Source: an uncultured Bdellovibrionales bacterium (GTDB taxonomy: Bacteria; Bdellovibrionota_C; UBA2361; SZUA-149; CAYMWO01). Taken from it: 58,400 nucleotides of DNA. Under the pieces are notes generated by a model. It was given only the letters and a program-made list of their open reading frames with translations, did not search any database and was not told the origin of the DNA. The position numbers were made by a program, and so were the translations under genes. Location of the stretch: the NCBI GenBank assembly GCA_964393905.1, contig CAYMWO010000002.1, positions 1-58,400 of the forward strand. Direction: 5' to 3'. Positions within the stretch are counted from its first letter, which is position 1. Each line of letters begins with the position of its first letter. This document shows positions 45,118 through 54,130 of the stretch, in pieces.

Positions 45118-47546
45118 ACCTACCCTCAACAAACAGTTATGGAGCGCGAGGGTTGTCCTACTACCTGAATATAATTTTCAACCTGCTCTTGGTTTATTCG
45201 ATTACCGGGCTTGTGACCGGTGGAGCGCATTTAGTTAATGCGGAGGGCCCTCGGCTTATTTCGGCCCATAGCTGGCATTATGCCGGACTGATTGCCATCG
45301 CTTTTTGGCTGATGCTGGACAGTTGGCCAAAGATCAGGGCCCTCGGTGTTTCAAGAGGTTGGTTTGTAGGCTCTGTTAGTAAGCCGCGAACGCAGCTTAC
45401 ACTAATCCCTGAGGTTTTTGCTTTGGGGCTACTTGTCTTTTTGCTGTCGGATTTTTCTACAAGAGGTTTTGTTTTCTATATTAATCGTAGCACGCGAGCA
45501 GTGACGCTCTATCTAGGAATTATCTGGCTACTTTTTCTCTTGCCACGTGGCCGAGATGCTAAATCCCTTAGTTTTAACTTTCCCCCAGCGATTCTCATAG
45601 GGAGTCAGTTATTAATCGCCGCGCTGTTTCTTAAGTTTGCTGGCGGAAGATTGTTATTCTGCGACGATCACCCGAGCTTTCTCTACCGGTTACAGCTTTT
45701 GCGAGAGCACTTTCCCAATATCCCGCTTTATGATGCCAATTGGAATGCGGGGCATAACGCTCGGGAGTTCTTTGCGACGGGGGTGTTAAACGTCTTTTTA
45801 CTCTGTGCACCGTTTATCTATACGTTCTTTGACATCTCGGGATATCATGGCGCTGAAATCTACAATTATATATTTCCTTATCTCTACGTTTTTCTTGTTC
45901 CTTGGAGCATTTTTACTGCTGCGCGCCTGATGGGAGTCGGACGTAGCGAGGCCTTGCTCGCCGCGTTGCTATCCCTAGCCGGGACGCTCGCGTTTTATGA
46001 GTGGGTGTTGAAGTACGGAACCTTAGGGTTCTCTCTTTCAGCCGGGTTAACTCCGTTATGTATCGTAATGTGTGCCAAATTCGCCCTCTCTGATAAAGCA
46101 CCGAGTTGGTCGTTTGCACTGGCGCTACTGTTAGTATCGTTTCTCGTGCTCGCTTGGACAGTGTCGGCAGTGACCTTAGTTCCGGTTACAATCTTAGCAT
46201 TGCTATTTTATCGACAGACATTTGCGCGGGACCGGCGGTTAAAGATCGCAGTTTTTGCTTTGCTTTTCGCCTTATTAAACGGTCCGTGGCTTAAGATATT
46301 TATTGAAGAATCAAAAGTGCTCTCTTTCCTTTCAATGTCTACGCTACCTGGGGCGGATCCAAACGAAGGTGAAACACTGACCCAGGGCGTAGCCTCGCAG
46401 GGAATGTCATCCACAATCTCAGTACCGGCAGTTACCTCGGTAAAAAAGGTCGCAACTCCGGCACCGTTGGCAAAACGAGCAGCGAAGAAGCTTAAGCTAT
46501 TTCGCCAATCTCTTGCGAGGATGAACCCATTAATTCTGTTATTTTTCCTCCCAGGATTAGTTTTCATGACCTCCGGTCGAGAGAAGCTGACACTGGTCAT
46601 TACCATCTGCTGGCTGACGCTGATCGCTGCGGTTGGCGATCTGTTAAAACCCCAACTTGAACTTTTACGGCTGTTGATTCCCGCTACGTTCGTAATGTGT
46701 ATACCAGCAGCGGTCGGTATCTCATCTACGATACGACGTCTGCTAGAGATAATAGCTGGGGAGGTTCGGCGCTACAGCATGCGTAGAGTGGGAGCCCTAA
46801 TAGGTTTAGTGGCAGTTTTAGGATCGGTGGCGATTACTCCGTTAGTAGCCGGCGCGGTTTATGTAAACCGCTCTGATGATAAATTTAGTTTCGCTCCGCC
46901 AATAGTTAAAAATCTCTCCCAGGCTATTCGTGAAAACGGTGGGGATGGACGAACTTTCTTTCTGGGGTTTATTCTTCACGATCTAGGCAGTATCGATTAT
47001 CAGGCGCAAAACGGCGGGCACGTTGCCCCACTACCGGCATTTTCTGGAAAGCCGATGTATGCCTCGCATTTCTACCATGCGCGCTGGAGCACAGTTGATC
47101 CGATTCCTTCCAGCTATCGGCGCCGCGGCTCGGAGGGAATTGAGGAGTTTCTGGACCTAGTAAACGCCACTGCTGTGGTGACTTTCAAGCGAGAGTGGGC
47201 GGACTATTGTCTAAAAGACCCGCGCTACAAACAGGTCTACCAAGAGGACCGCTTCCGTTTGTTCGTCAGGCAGTCACCGCATACAGGCTACTTTATAAGT
47301 GGCAGTGGAGAGGTGCTCCCGAGAGATGAAGGGTTCGCGCTTCGAGCGACTTCAGGCGAAGTGACGCTTAAGTTTCGCTATTATCCGAAACTGAAGACTG
47401 ACACCCCCGGGGTGGAGCTTTTCCCAGTGCCAGCCTTCACGGACGAGCTAGGAGGAGGTCGTGTGGAGGAGGTGCAGTTTGTCGGGGTGCGAATCCCACC
47501 CCAAGTTCTTTCCGCAAAGAAGGTAATCGGAATTGGTTTTTATTAG
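45114..47546 (+). CDS. Large polytopic membrane protein, candidate GT-C type (ArnT/PMT-like) glycosyltransferase with a C-terminal soluble domain
   Basis: 810 aa, with an ATGA overlap with the upstream gene. It has more than 12 hydrophobic segments. An acidic loop motif LLFCDDHPSF follows early TM helices, and the C-terminal domain of ~230 aa is non-membrane. The GT-C assignment is architecture-level only. Confidence 0.45.
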   Translation: MNLPSTNSYGARGLSYYLNIIFNLLLVYSITGLVTGGAHLVNAEGPRLISAHSWHYAGLIAIAFWLMLDSWPKIRALGVSRGWFVGSVSKPRTQLTLIPEVFALGLLVFLLSDFSTRGFVFYINRSTRAVTLYLGIIWLLFLLPRGRDAKSLSFNFPPAILIGSQLLIAALFLKFAGGRLLFCDDHPSFLYRLQLLREHFPNIPLYDANWNAGHNAREFFATGVLNVFLLCAPFIYTFFDISGYHGAEIYNYIFPYLYVFLVPWSIFTAARLMGVGRSEALLAALLSLAGTLAFYEWVLKYGTLGFSLSAGLTPLCIVMCAKFALSDKAPSWSFALALLLVSFLVLAWTVSAVTLVPVTILALLFYRQTFARDRRLKIAVFALLFALLNGPWLKIFIEESKVLSFLSMSTLPGADPNEGETLTQGVASQGMSSTISVPAVTSVKKVATPAPLAKRAAKKLKLFRQSLARMNPLILLFFLPGLVFMTSGREKLTLVITICWLTLIAAVGDLLKPQLELLRLLIPATFVMCIPAAVGISSTIRRLLEIIAGEVRRYSMRRVGALIGLVAVLGSVAITPLVAGAVYVNRSDDKFSFAPPIVKNLSQAIRENGGDGRTFFLGFILHDLGSIDYQAQNGGHVAPLPAFSGKPMYASHFYHARWSTVDPIPSSYRRRGSEGIEEFLDLVNATAVVTFKREWADYCLKDPRYKQVYQEDRFRLFVRQSPHTGYFISGSGEVLPRDEGFALRATSGEVTLKFRYYPKLKTDTPGVELFPVPAFTDELGGGRVEEVQFVGVRIPPQVLSAKKVIGIGFY

Positions 47547-47881
47547 AATGTAAGTTCAGCCCATATATATTTCCCCCCTCGCTAAATAAATCTCAAGAGA
47601 GAATCTCGAAGCTCTGTCCCGTTCAATTTGGTAGAACGAGAGGTGTCTAAATTTCACCTTTATGAAGCTAGGTTAGGTCTTCTGCGGAAAAGATTTCGTA
47701 GAAGTGGAATTTCCCTACATAGAACAGTGACTTACGGCACGAATTGTAAATGATCGAGCGATTACTACCGATTCTAGACACAGCTACGGCGCATTGAGCT
47801 GCACCGTTAAACCGGCACAATGCCGGAGTAGGACTGGAAGAGCTGATTTAGAACAAAATTAAGTAGTTAGGTTTTTGGCCA

Positions 47882-50800
47882 ATGAATGCTGGCGCTGGCA
47901 CCCCATTGCCCGCACACGGCCGAGGTTTGTTCGATTACATGGTTGTTGCGGGTTTAAAAAACGGAGAGTGTCGAAAGAGGTTGACCCGCCTGGGGCAGCA
48001 GTTGGGACTGCTAATAATCCTGATACTCTTTGTTGCCGCTCGTTCTTACGCTGCGGATGTTCTCTCCGGCTCAGATAAAGGGATTAACGGAGACGGCAAC
48101 GGGCTCTCAATGGCGCTTCGTTACGGAAATTTCCCTGCCTTTAGCTCCTTTAATGGTGGACAACTTGTATATACGGAAGTTGAAGGTGCCACCCAAACCC
48201 GCACAGTTGTGACAACCGTAAGCGGCACACCAGGGCAAACCGCCCTGATTTTTTTAAACAATGAGCCCCATATCTTCTTCGTAGAGCCCACATCCGGAAG
48301 ACTTAACCACGCATCTCGTACTGGTAGTTGGAGTATCGAGACTATTGATGGTGCAATCCTTGCCGCGAATCCTTCTGCAGCTGTTTGTGGCGCGGAGATA
48401 TGCGTTAGTTATCAGGAGAGTTGGAATAAAGATCTCCGAGTCGCTATCGGCACCACCGGCTCTTGGAGCGCGGTTACGGTTGATAACTCTGCAAACGATG
48501 TGGGGCTAACAAGTGCCATTGCGGTGGATGCCTCTGCCCGCCCTGGAGTTGCCTACTACGACAACTCAGCTAAGTCGCTCCGCTACGCCAAGCGGGATAG
48601 TTCAGGCAACTGGACAATTGAAGCCGTAGACTTTGGTGGCTATCAATACGGAATGTATCCGAGTTTAGCTATTGGAAGTGATAACACGGTGCATGTGTTA
48701 TCAAGCCGCGTAAAGTCCCCCTCTACCCTCCACGATACCGGAGTCTACTACGCAAAACGTTCAGCTGCGGGCGTGTGGAGTGTAACCGTTCAATCCGACG
48801 ACTATGTCGGCAATCAGACCGCCTTGGCGCTCGACCTTGGAAATCTTCCGCTGATGGCTTACAGATATCTGCGTTATAACGCAGCCGTTGGGAATGCGAG
48901 TGCAGTAGAGTTTTCCCGATTTGCTTTATCGGGACTTCCTGCTACCCAGCAGATTACCGGGTCTTTAGGCTCTGCCGGTGCGATTTACGATATTGCCCAT
49001 ACGCAGATGAAGCTAAACCCTTGGGGCGACCCGATTGTGGCGTATCGCTTGAGTCGGGGAATATATAGCGGAAGCCCTGCGCTATATGATTTTCGACTAC
49101 ACGGCCCGGTCGACTCAGACGGGGACGGGATCCCAAATACTAGAGAGTCTGTTTATGGCACGAACGCATCGGTAGCAGATACCGACGGCGACGGAGTCAA
49201 AGATGGCCGCGAAGCTATAATTCTGGGAACAAACCCATTAGTTCAAGATACCGATAACGATGGAGACTCAGATGGCGCAGATAACTGCCCGCTTGTCTCC
49301 AATAGCTCTCAGCTCGACACGGACGGAGATGGGGTAGGCGATGCATGTGATTCGACACCGGGCACCGGTGGCGGGTCCTCGTCTTCCTCTTCCAGCTCAA
49401 CATCGACCTCCTCATCTTCGTCCTCTTCTTCTTCGAGCAGCTCCTCAAGCAGTTCTTCCTCTTCATCTAGCTCTTCTTCTTCGTCTTCATCATCTTCTTC
49501 CTCCTCTTCCAGCTCCAGTAGCGGAGCACCAACGCTTGATACCGACGGAGATGGGGTTACCGATGCAGAGGAGGGCAGAATTGGCACAGACCCACTAAAT
49601 GCTGATACCGATCGGGATGGAATCTCTGACGGGCAAGAGCTCTCCGACGGCAGCAACCCGCTCGACCCCGGCAGCTTGCAGCCTCGGCTCGGAAAGCGTG
49701 TCTGCGTCGAGTGGAATGGATTCCTTGGCAAAATGTGGAACATCTTCGAGCAGGTTAACAAGAGCAACGAGACCCGAGTTGTGCAGACAACTCTCTATGA
49801 CAGTAGCGGCGCAGCCCGTAGTTTCCGCTTCTGCAGCATCGCCCCCGGAGCGCAATGTGATGTGCTTGTGCACGACATGGAGGGGATGAACGAGAATGAA
49901 ATTGGCAAGGTCTGTTTGAGCTACGAGGGCAACTCGGGCGATATCGACGGGCAGATGGTTTACTACAAGCAGAACCCTAATTCGCAGAGTGAGGCTGACC
50001 GCTTTCAGTTTGCTATCGCCTCGCCACTCTCAAACGGCAGAGCTGGGGACCAGTTCTTAACCTTTAACACCTTTCAGCCGAGCTACCGTTGGCAGGACCA
50101 AAACAATTTAATCGCTAACTGGATTCAGCTTACCAATGTTAACAACACGAGGGTTAAAGGTCAGTTAACATTCTTTGCTCAAAGTGGAGCGGTATTAGGG
50201 AAACAGTCAGTGACACTTGAGCCCGGAGCGCGCCAAGATTACTCGGGACACCAGTTCGGAAAATCCCTTGTCGGTCTTGTTAAATGGAGTCCTGCCGCAA
50301 GCTCTGCCCAGCTACCGGTTCAGGCGCGGGTGGTGAGATACTTCTACGATAACGCGGGCGCGGCTGATAGTTTTGATACTGCTTTTCAAGTGGAGGCGCT
50401 GGTTGGGAGCGGGGAGAGGCTCGTGGCTCCGCTCGACACAAATCAGAAGACGGCAATTTTAGAGGTAGCAAATACTAGTTCTGTCCCGGTTCAAGTTCAG
50501 GTAAAGATTTTTGACTCGGCAGGAACTCGCAAGGCCTCAATCAATCTCCCTTTAGAGCCCTTTGCCTCACAGCACATTATTACTGATTCAATCCTTGGAG
50601 CCAATCAGACAGGGACTGCTACCCTTGAGGGTGGTATTACAGGAAGTGTGATGGCTATTGCTATGCATTATGGTCGCCGGGCAGATGGTGGCATCGACTA
50701 TATTTATCCGGTCCCCGCAAAGGAGCCGTTAGGGACAGTTATAAACGGGTCGTATAACACCTTTATCGGGCAGCGCTCGAAGCTCACCTTAATGAATCCG

Positions 50801-51082
50801 ACCTCAAGTGCTGTCACTACAAACTTAACGATGGTGCGTTCTGACGGAAGTGTAATTATGGGGGCTGGCACCACCTCGGCCTTAACCGGAGACAACTTGG
50901 TAAATGGGATTAATATCTCCGTTCCAGCCAATGGAGTTAAAGTAGTCGACCTTTCTACATATGAGTCACCGGACCACTATGGGGTGGTGACCGTTCAGCC
51001 CTCCCGGGTTAACTCAATTCTTGGCTGGCTTACAAGAGAAAAGCAGCCCTCTTATGTTCTCCCGACACCGGTGCGCGAGTAA
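47882..51082 (+). CDS. Exported multidomain surface protein: N-terminal repeated beta-propeller-like units, thrombospondin type-3 (Ca-binding) repeats split by a poly-Ser linker, and a C-terminal beta-rich region
   Basis: 1066 aa. The signal-like segment is LGLLIILILFVAARSYA. Recurrent units resemble LRYAKRDSSGNWTIEAVD and VYYAKRSAAGVWSVTV. The TSP3 repeats are DSDGDGIPN, DTDGDGVKD, DTDNDGDSD, DTDGDGVGD, DTDGDGVTD and DTDRDGISD. The start could instead be the downstream ATG at 47939. Confidence 0.75.
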   Translation: MNAGAGTPLPAHGRGLFDYMVVAGLKNGECRKRLTRLGQQLGLLIILILFVAARSYAADVLSGSDKGINGDGNGLSMALRYGNFPAFSSFNGGQLVYTEVEGATQTRTVVTTVSGTPGQTALIFLNNEPHIFFVEPTSGRLNHASRTGSWSIETIDGAILAANPSAAVCGAEICVSYQESWNKDLRVAIGTTGSWSAVTVDNSANDVGLTSAIAVDASARPGVAYYDNSAKSLRYAKRDSSGNWTIEAVDFGGYQYGMYPSLAIGSDNTVHVLSSRVKSPSTLHDTGVYYAKRSAAGVWSVTVQSDDYVGNQTALALDLGNLPLMAYRYLRYNAAVGNASAVEFSRFALSGLPATQQITGSLGSAGAIYDIAHTQMKLNPWGDPIVAYRLSRGIYSGSPALYDFRLHGPVDSDGDGIPNTRESVYGTNASVADTDGDGVKDGREAIILGTNPLVQDTDNDGDSDGADNCPLVSNSSQLDTDGDGVGDACDSTPGTGGGSSSSSSSSTSTSSSSSSSSSSSSSSSSSSSSSSSSSSSSSSSSSSSSSSGAPTLDTDGDGVTDAEEGRIGTDPLNADTDRDGISDGQELSDGSNPLDPGSLQPRLGKRVCVEWNGFLGKMWNIFEQVNKSNETRVVQTTLYDSSGAARSFRFCSIAPGAQCDVLVHDMEGMNENEIGKVCLSYEGNSGDIDGQMVYYKQNPNSQSEADRFQFAIASPLSNGRAGDQFLTFNTFQPSYRWQDQNNLIANWIQLTNVNNTRVKGQLTFFAQSGAVLGKQSVTLEPGARQDYSGHQFGKSLVGLVKWSPAASSAQLPVQARVVRYFYDNAGAADSFDTAFQVEALVGSGERLVAPLDTNQKTAILEVANTSSVPVQVQVKIFDSAGTRKASINLPLEPFASQHIITDSILGANQTGTATLEGGITGSVMAIAMHYGRRADGGIDYIYPVPAKEPLGTVINGSYNTFIGQRSKLTLMNPTSSAVTTNLTMVRSDGSVIMGAGTTSALTGDNLVNGINISVPANGVKVVDLSTYESPDHYGVVTVQPSRVNSILGWLTREKQPSYVLPTPVRE
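49376..49522 (+). repeat. Coding low-complexity tract: 49 codons, 47 Ser plus 2 Thr
   Basis: Read codon by codon in frame with 47882. The tract uses a mix of TCC, TCG, TCT, TCA, AGC and AGT codons, so it is not a pure trinucleotide repeat. Confidence 0.9.
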
Positions 51083-51096
51083 ATCTCGCCAGCTCT

Positions 51097-51145
51097 CCGT
51101 GTGTTGCTCCGGGGGTTGCTCCGTGTGTTGCTCCGGGGGGTTGCA
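51097..51145. repeat. Intergenic tandem duplication (24 nt plus 25 nt) containing G5/G6 homopolymer runs
   Basis: CCGTGTGTTGCTCCGGGGGTTGCT at 51097-51120 is followed by CCGTGTGTTGCTCCGGGGGGTTGCA at 51121-51145. The repeat begins 15 nt after the stop of the 1066-aa gene and ends 21 nt before the next ATG. Confidence 0.85.
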
Positions 51146-51166
51146 CCTACTCGGCAAACGGTTTAG

Positions 51167-52831
51167 ATGTTTGCCATGCTGCGGCTTCCTGAATGGTTTA
51201 TCGATATTCAATATCCTGGTCTGAATCTTGTTGCACGAGAGCGACTCGATCCAGTTATTCGAGTTTTGGCAAACGGCCTAGGGCTGAGCCATAGCCAGCT
51301 CTTCTACTTTATTGTTCAGCAATTGATCTTTACCGGCTCGGTTTTTTGGCTTCTACGTCAGAGCCAGAATCTGAAGGCGGAGTCTTATCTCCGCTCAGCT
51401 CTCGGGGCCTTGATAGTTGTGGCGAGTCTGATACTCGTTCTTGGAGCTGATCCTTTCATGCTGAAGGTGCAGTGGCTTCCGCTGCTTATCTCTATGTTGA
51501 TTGCCTTTCGTCGGCAGGGATCACTCTTGGCATTCGTTGGAGTTGTGGTGGCGATGCTTCTTTGGGTGTTTACGGGTGGAGTCCTCGCGCCACTTGGAGT
51601 TTTAGCGGCGGGCTTTGCGGCTGTACTATGGGAGCGGTGGAGTTTGGCAGAAGAAGCGAGGTCAGCCCAAACACTATTTATTCTTGCTTGCGGGTTGGCG
51701 CTCTCCGTCTGGTGCTTGCCGGTCTACCCGATGCCTAACTACCCAGCAGGTGCCCTGGTTGCCCCAATCTCGCAGTTGATGTTCAGGGAGAGCCCACTGT
51801 TCGGGTTTTCTTTGACACCTAATCCGCTTGTCTACTCCGAGTATCTACACTCCATCTGGATTGTTGGTTTTCGGTTATCGGTTTTTCTTCTGACTTTGTT
51901 GGCGGTTATTCAACAAACAGAGCGACGGCGAGAGTGTATGGCCGGATACATGGTGATAGTTGTCACCATGTTGATGATTATCGCCGAGGGGAGAGAATAT
52001 ACAGCGCTTGCCTCCCTTTTACCCTTTCAGGTGCTGCGCTTCACGATTCCAGGGTTGGCGATATCGAACTTACCCTGGATGTTGGCTCCTTTTGCCCTAG
52101 TTGTTGGACTTGTCCTGATATTGGGGCAGCTAGGCGACCTAGCCAAGCAGAAGTTGGGAGCAGCGCTCGTATTATTATTTGCTCTCCAGTATGCCACTTC
52201 CGATTGTCGTTTTAACTTCGCCTGGTCGGGGGTAAATCATTTCGCAAGAGCACTATCTGCGACTGATAATTTCAACGAGCGGCTTCGGGTTTCGCCATCA
52301 GGCTATGCTATTAAAATCTTCGGCGACTCCGCTATTGATAAGTCGTTTATTAATGAGCGAGGGGGGTCGCCGTTGGTGGAGCTTAAATTAGGCGCTGATT
52401 TTAATGGCACGGTTACAGCTAGTGCTGGAAAAGAGCTCGCCGAGTTAGCATTAGACGGAAAATTAACTACAAATTGGAACACACAACGCAACCAGCGTCC
52501 GGGCGACACAGTTGAAGTTCAGTTTGAGAAGCCGGTTACGGTGGCACGAGTAAAGTTAGGTCTTGATAACGTCCCGACAGATTTTCCGCGGGGGATAACA
52601 GTTTTGCTCTCGACCGACGGGGTGAATTTTAGAGAGCTTTATAACTTTCGCGATTGGCCTGGACGTTTGCAATGGACAGATTCCGGGTACCCGTATTTTG
52701 GCTCACAGTCGGACGTGGTATTTGAGCTACCAAAATCGGAGACAGTTAAAGCCATGCGGTTTATTCAAACCTCTTCAAACGATATCTTCGATTGGTCAAT
52801 CAGTGAAATTCAACTGTTTCGACTGCCGTAA
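51167..52831 (+). CDS. Polytopic membrane protein with a C-terminal F5/8 type C (discoidin) domain
   Basis: 554 aa. The first ~370 aa are hydrophobic helices. The C-terminus (ALDGKLTTNWNTQRNQRPGDTVEVQFEKPVTVARVKLG...ITVLLSTDGVNF...WSISEIQLF) follows the discoidin-domain pattern. Confidence 0.6.
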   Translation: MFAMLRLPEWFIDIQYPGLNLVARERLDPVIRVLANGLGLSHSQLFYFIVQQLIFTGSVFWLLRQSQNLKAESYLRSALGALIVVASLILVLGADPFMLKVQWLPLLISMLIAFRRQGSLLAFVGVVVAMLLWVFTGGVLAPLGVLAAGFAAVLWERWSLAEEARSAQTLFILACGLALSVWCLPVYPMPNYPAGALVAPISQLMFRESPLFGFSLTPNPLVYSEYLHSIWIVGFRLSVFLLTLLAVIQQTERRRECMAGYMVIVVTMLMIIAEGREYTALASLLPFQVLRFTIPGLAISNLPWMLAPFALVVGLVLILGQLGDLAKQKLGAALVLLFALQYATSDCRFNFAWSGVNHFARALSATDNFNERLRVSPSGYAIKIFGDSAIDKSFINERGGSPLVELKLGADFNGTVTASAGKELAELALDGKLTTNWNTQRNQRPGDTVEVQFEKPVTVARVKLGLDNVPTDFPRGITVLLSTDGVNFRELYNFRDWPGRLQWTDSGYPYFGSQSDVVFELPKSETVKAMRFIQTSSNDIFDWSISEIQLFRLP

Positions 52832-52833
52832 TC

Positions 52834-53331
52834 TTACGATCTTAGAATTATCAGATGTGGCACTGGAGCCGCTGGAGGATCTGAAGGGCTGCCATTTGGA
52901 TTGTTTCGGGGTTTTCTAGGAGAGATGCTTGGAAGGTTAAAGAGGCCGCTTAAAGACTTATCTTCTTTAGCTTTGTGATTTGCGCGCCAGAGAAGCTGCT
53001 TATTAACTCTCCCGCAACATCCCTGACAGCTAAATGAACTCCAGTCCAGTGCGGCAGCAAGTCCGAGACAGAGATCATAGTTGTCGCAATCAAAATTCCT
53101 CTCGGGGGCTTTGATTGAGGTGTCTTGGATAATTGCTAGTCTCGGAGTGGTGCGACCTAAGGGATCTATGTGCTCAAGCGCCAGCCCATCTGTGAACTCC
53201 AGTGGAAGTTCCGCTGGGCAAGCCTGCGTTAGTACCGGCTGGCGAGAAGTTGAGCTTTCAGTTTGCAAACCGCGCCTCTCGGTAAACCCGCGATTGCTCA
53301 ACAGTTCAAAAGGGCCAAGCTTGGAAGTCAT
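52834..53331 (-). CDS. Hypothetical Cys-rich protein
   Basis: 165-aa ORF with an ATG start. The central cluster is CDNYDLCLGLAAALDWSSFSCQGCCGR, and the tail is Pro-rich. I recognise no family. Confidence 0.4.
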   Translation of the reverse strand: MTSKLGPFELLSNRGFTERRGLQTESSTSRQPVLTQACPAELPLEFTDGLALEHIDPLGRTTPRLAIIQDTSIKAPERNFDCDNYDLCLGLAAALDWSSFSCQGCCGRVNKQLLWRANHKAKEDKSLSGLFNLPSISPRKPRNNPNGSPSDPPAAPVPHLIILRS

Positions 53332-53449
53332 GAAATCCAGGTCTCGCTTCGTCAGACGCTATTGAGACAACTGCTACTTTACTCAAACACTAACTCATTA
53401 TAGCTTCTCAGGAAAAGTGTAAGCAAATGAAAGATTTTCCACCTCTGAA

Positions 53450-54127
53450 ATGAACATCTTATTTAAGACCTGGGGGAGTAGCTCCGGCAATAATTCTGCA
53501 TTGTTAGTTGTTCCATCAACCAGCGGTAGTCACCATGAAGGGGAGAGTTTAGCGCAGCATCTTAGTGATGAGTTCAAGGTCTTTCTTCTGGACTCTGAGC
53601 TGCCTGCGGTGAATAGCGTAACTGAATATGCAGCCGAGGTTGTTAACAAGCTGGTCGAGCTTGGGGTGCGCCGCATCGCTGTCCTGGGCCTTTCCGCTGG
53701 AGGGAGTCTAACCTTAGCTCTCGCCGTCGAGAGTCCTAAGCTTGTGCGACGCGTAATCCTCGTAAATCCTACAACTCGAATTGCCCCCGGCCTTTTCTCG
53801 AGAGTGATTGATAGACTCGAGGAGTTTCTCCCTCTTGGCCTACCACTCAGGAAGATCTCAAGAGCCTTTGATGCGCGCTCTACTTTGCACCGGATACATT
53901 GTCCGGTGTTGGTGCTTAACACCAGGACTGTTGATGAGTTTCACAGATACCAGGCTGAGCTAATTGCGCAGCGCATACCAAATGCTTGGCTTAAGGGGCT
54001 AGAGGAGCCGGAATTTAATAGTGCAGGAGTTATTAGCTCAGAGTTGGCGAAGCTTATTCGCGACTTTGTTCAGGTTCCGGGGAAGCGTCCACAGAAAAAT
54101 CTTCCCTCAGAAACTGCGCATTCCTGA
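53450..54127 (+). CDS. Alpha/beta hydrolase fold protein
   Basis: 225 aa. The nucleophile elbow is VLGLSAGGS (GxSxG), and the beta-alpha pattern is typical of the fold. Confidence 0.6.
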   Translation: MNILFKTWGSSSGNNSALLVVPSTSGSHHEGESLAQHLSDEFKVFLLDSELPAVNSVTEYAAEVVNKLVELGVRRIAVLGLSAGGSLTLALAVESPKLVRRVILVNPTTRIAPGLFSRVIDRLEEFLPLGLPLRKISRAFDARSTLHRIHCPVLVLNTRTVDEFHRYQAELIAQRIPNAWLKGLEEPEFNSAGVISSELAKLIRDFVQVPGKRPQKNLPSETAHS

Positions 54128-54130
54128 GGG

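Noticed and set aside
47812-47826. CCGGCA-CAA-TGCCGG hairpin upstream of the 1066-aa gene, considered as a terminator or riboregulator.
   Set aside because: The stem is only 6 bp, with a 3-nt loop and no following U-tract. It lies 265 nt after the previous stop, so it is not convincing as a terminator.
49309-49767. 152-aa minus-strand ORF with a long poly-Glu/Asp run, together with the neighbouring short ORFs at 49215-49889.
   Set aside because: It is the mirror image of the poly-Ser tract and TSP3 repeats of the 1066-aa plus-strand gene. It is therefore an artefact of low-complexity coding sequence.
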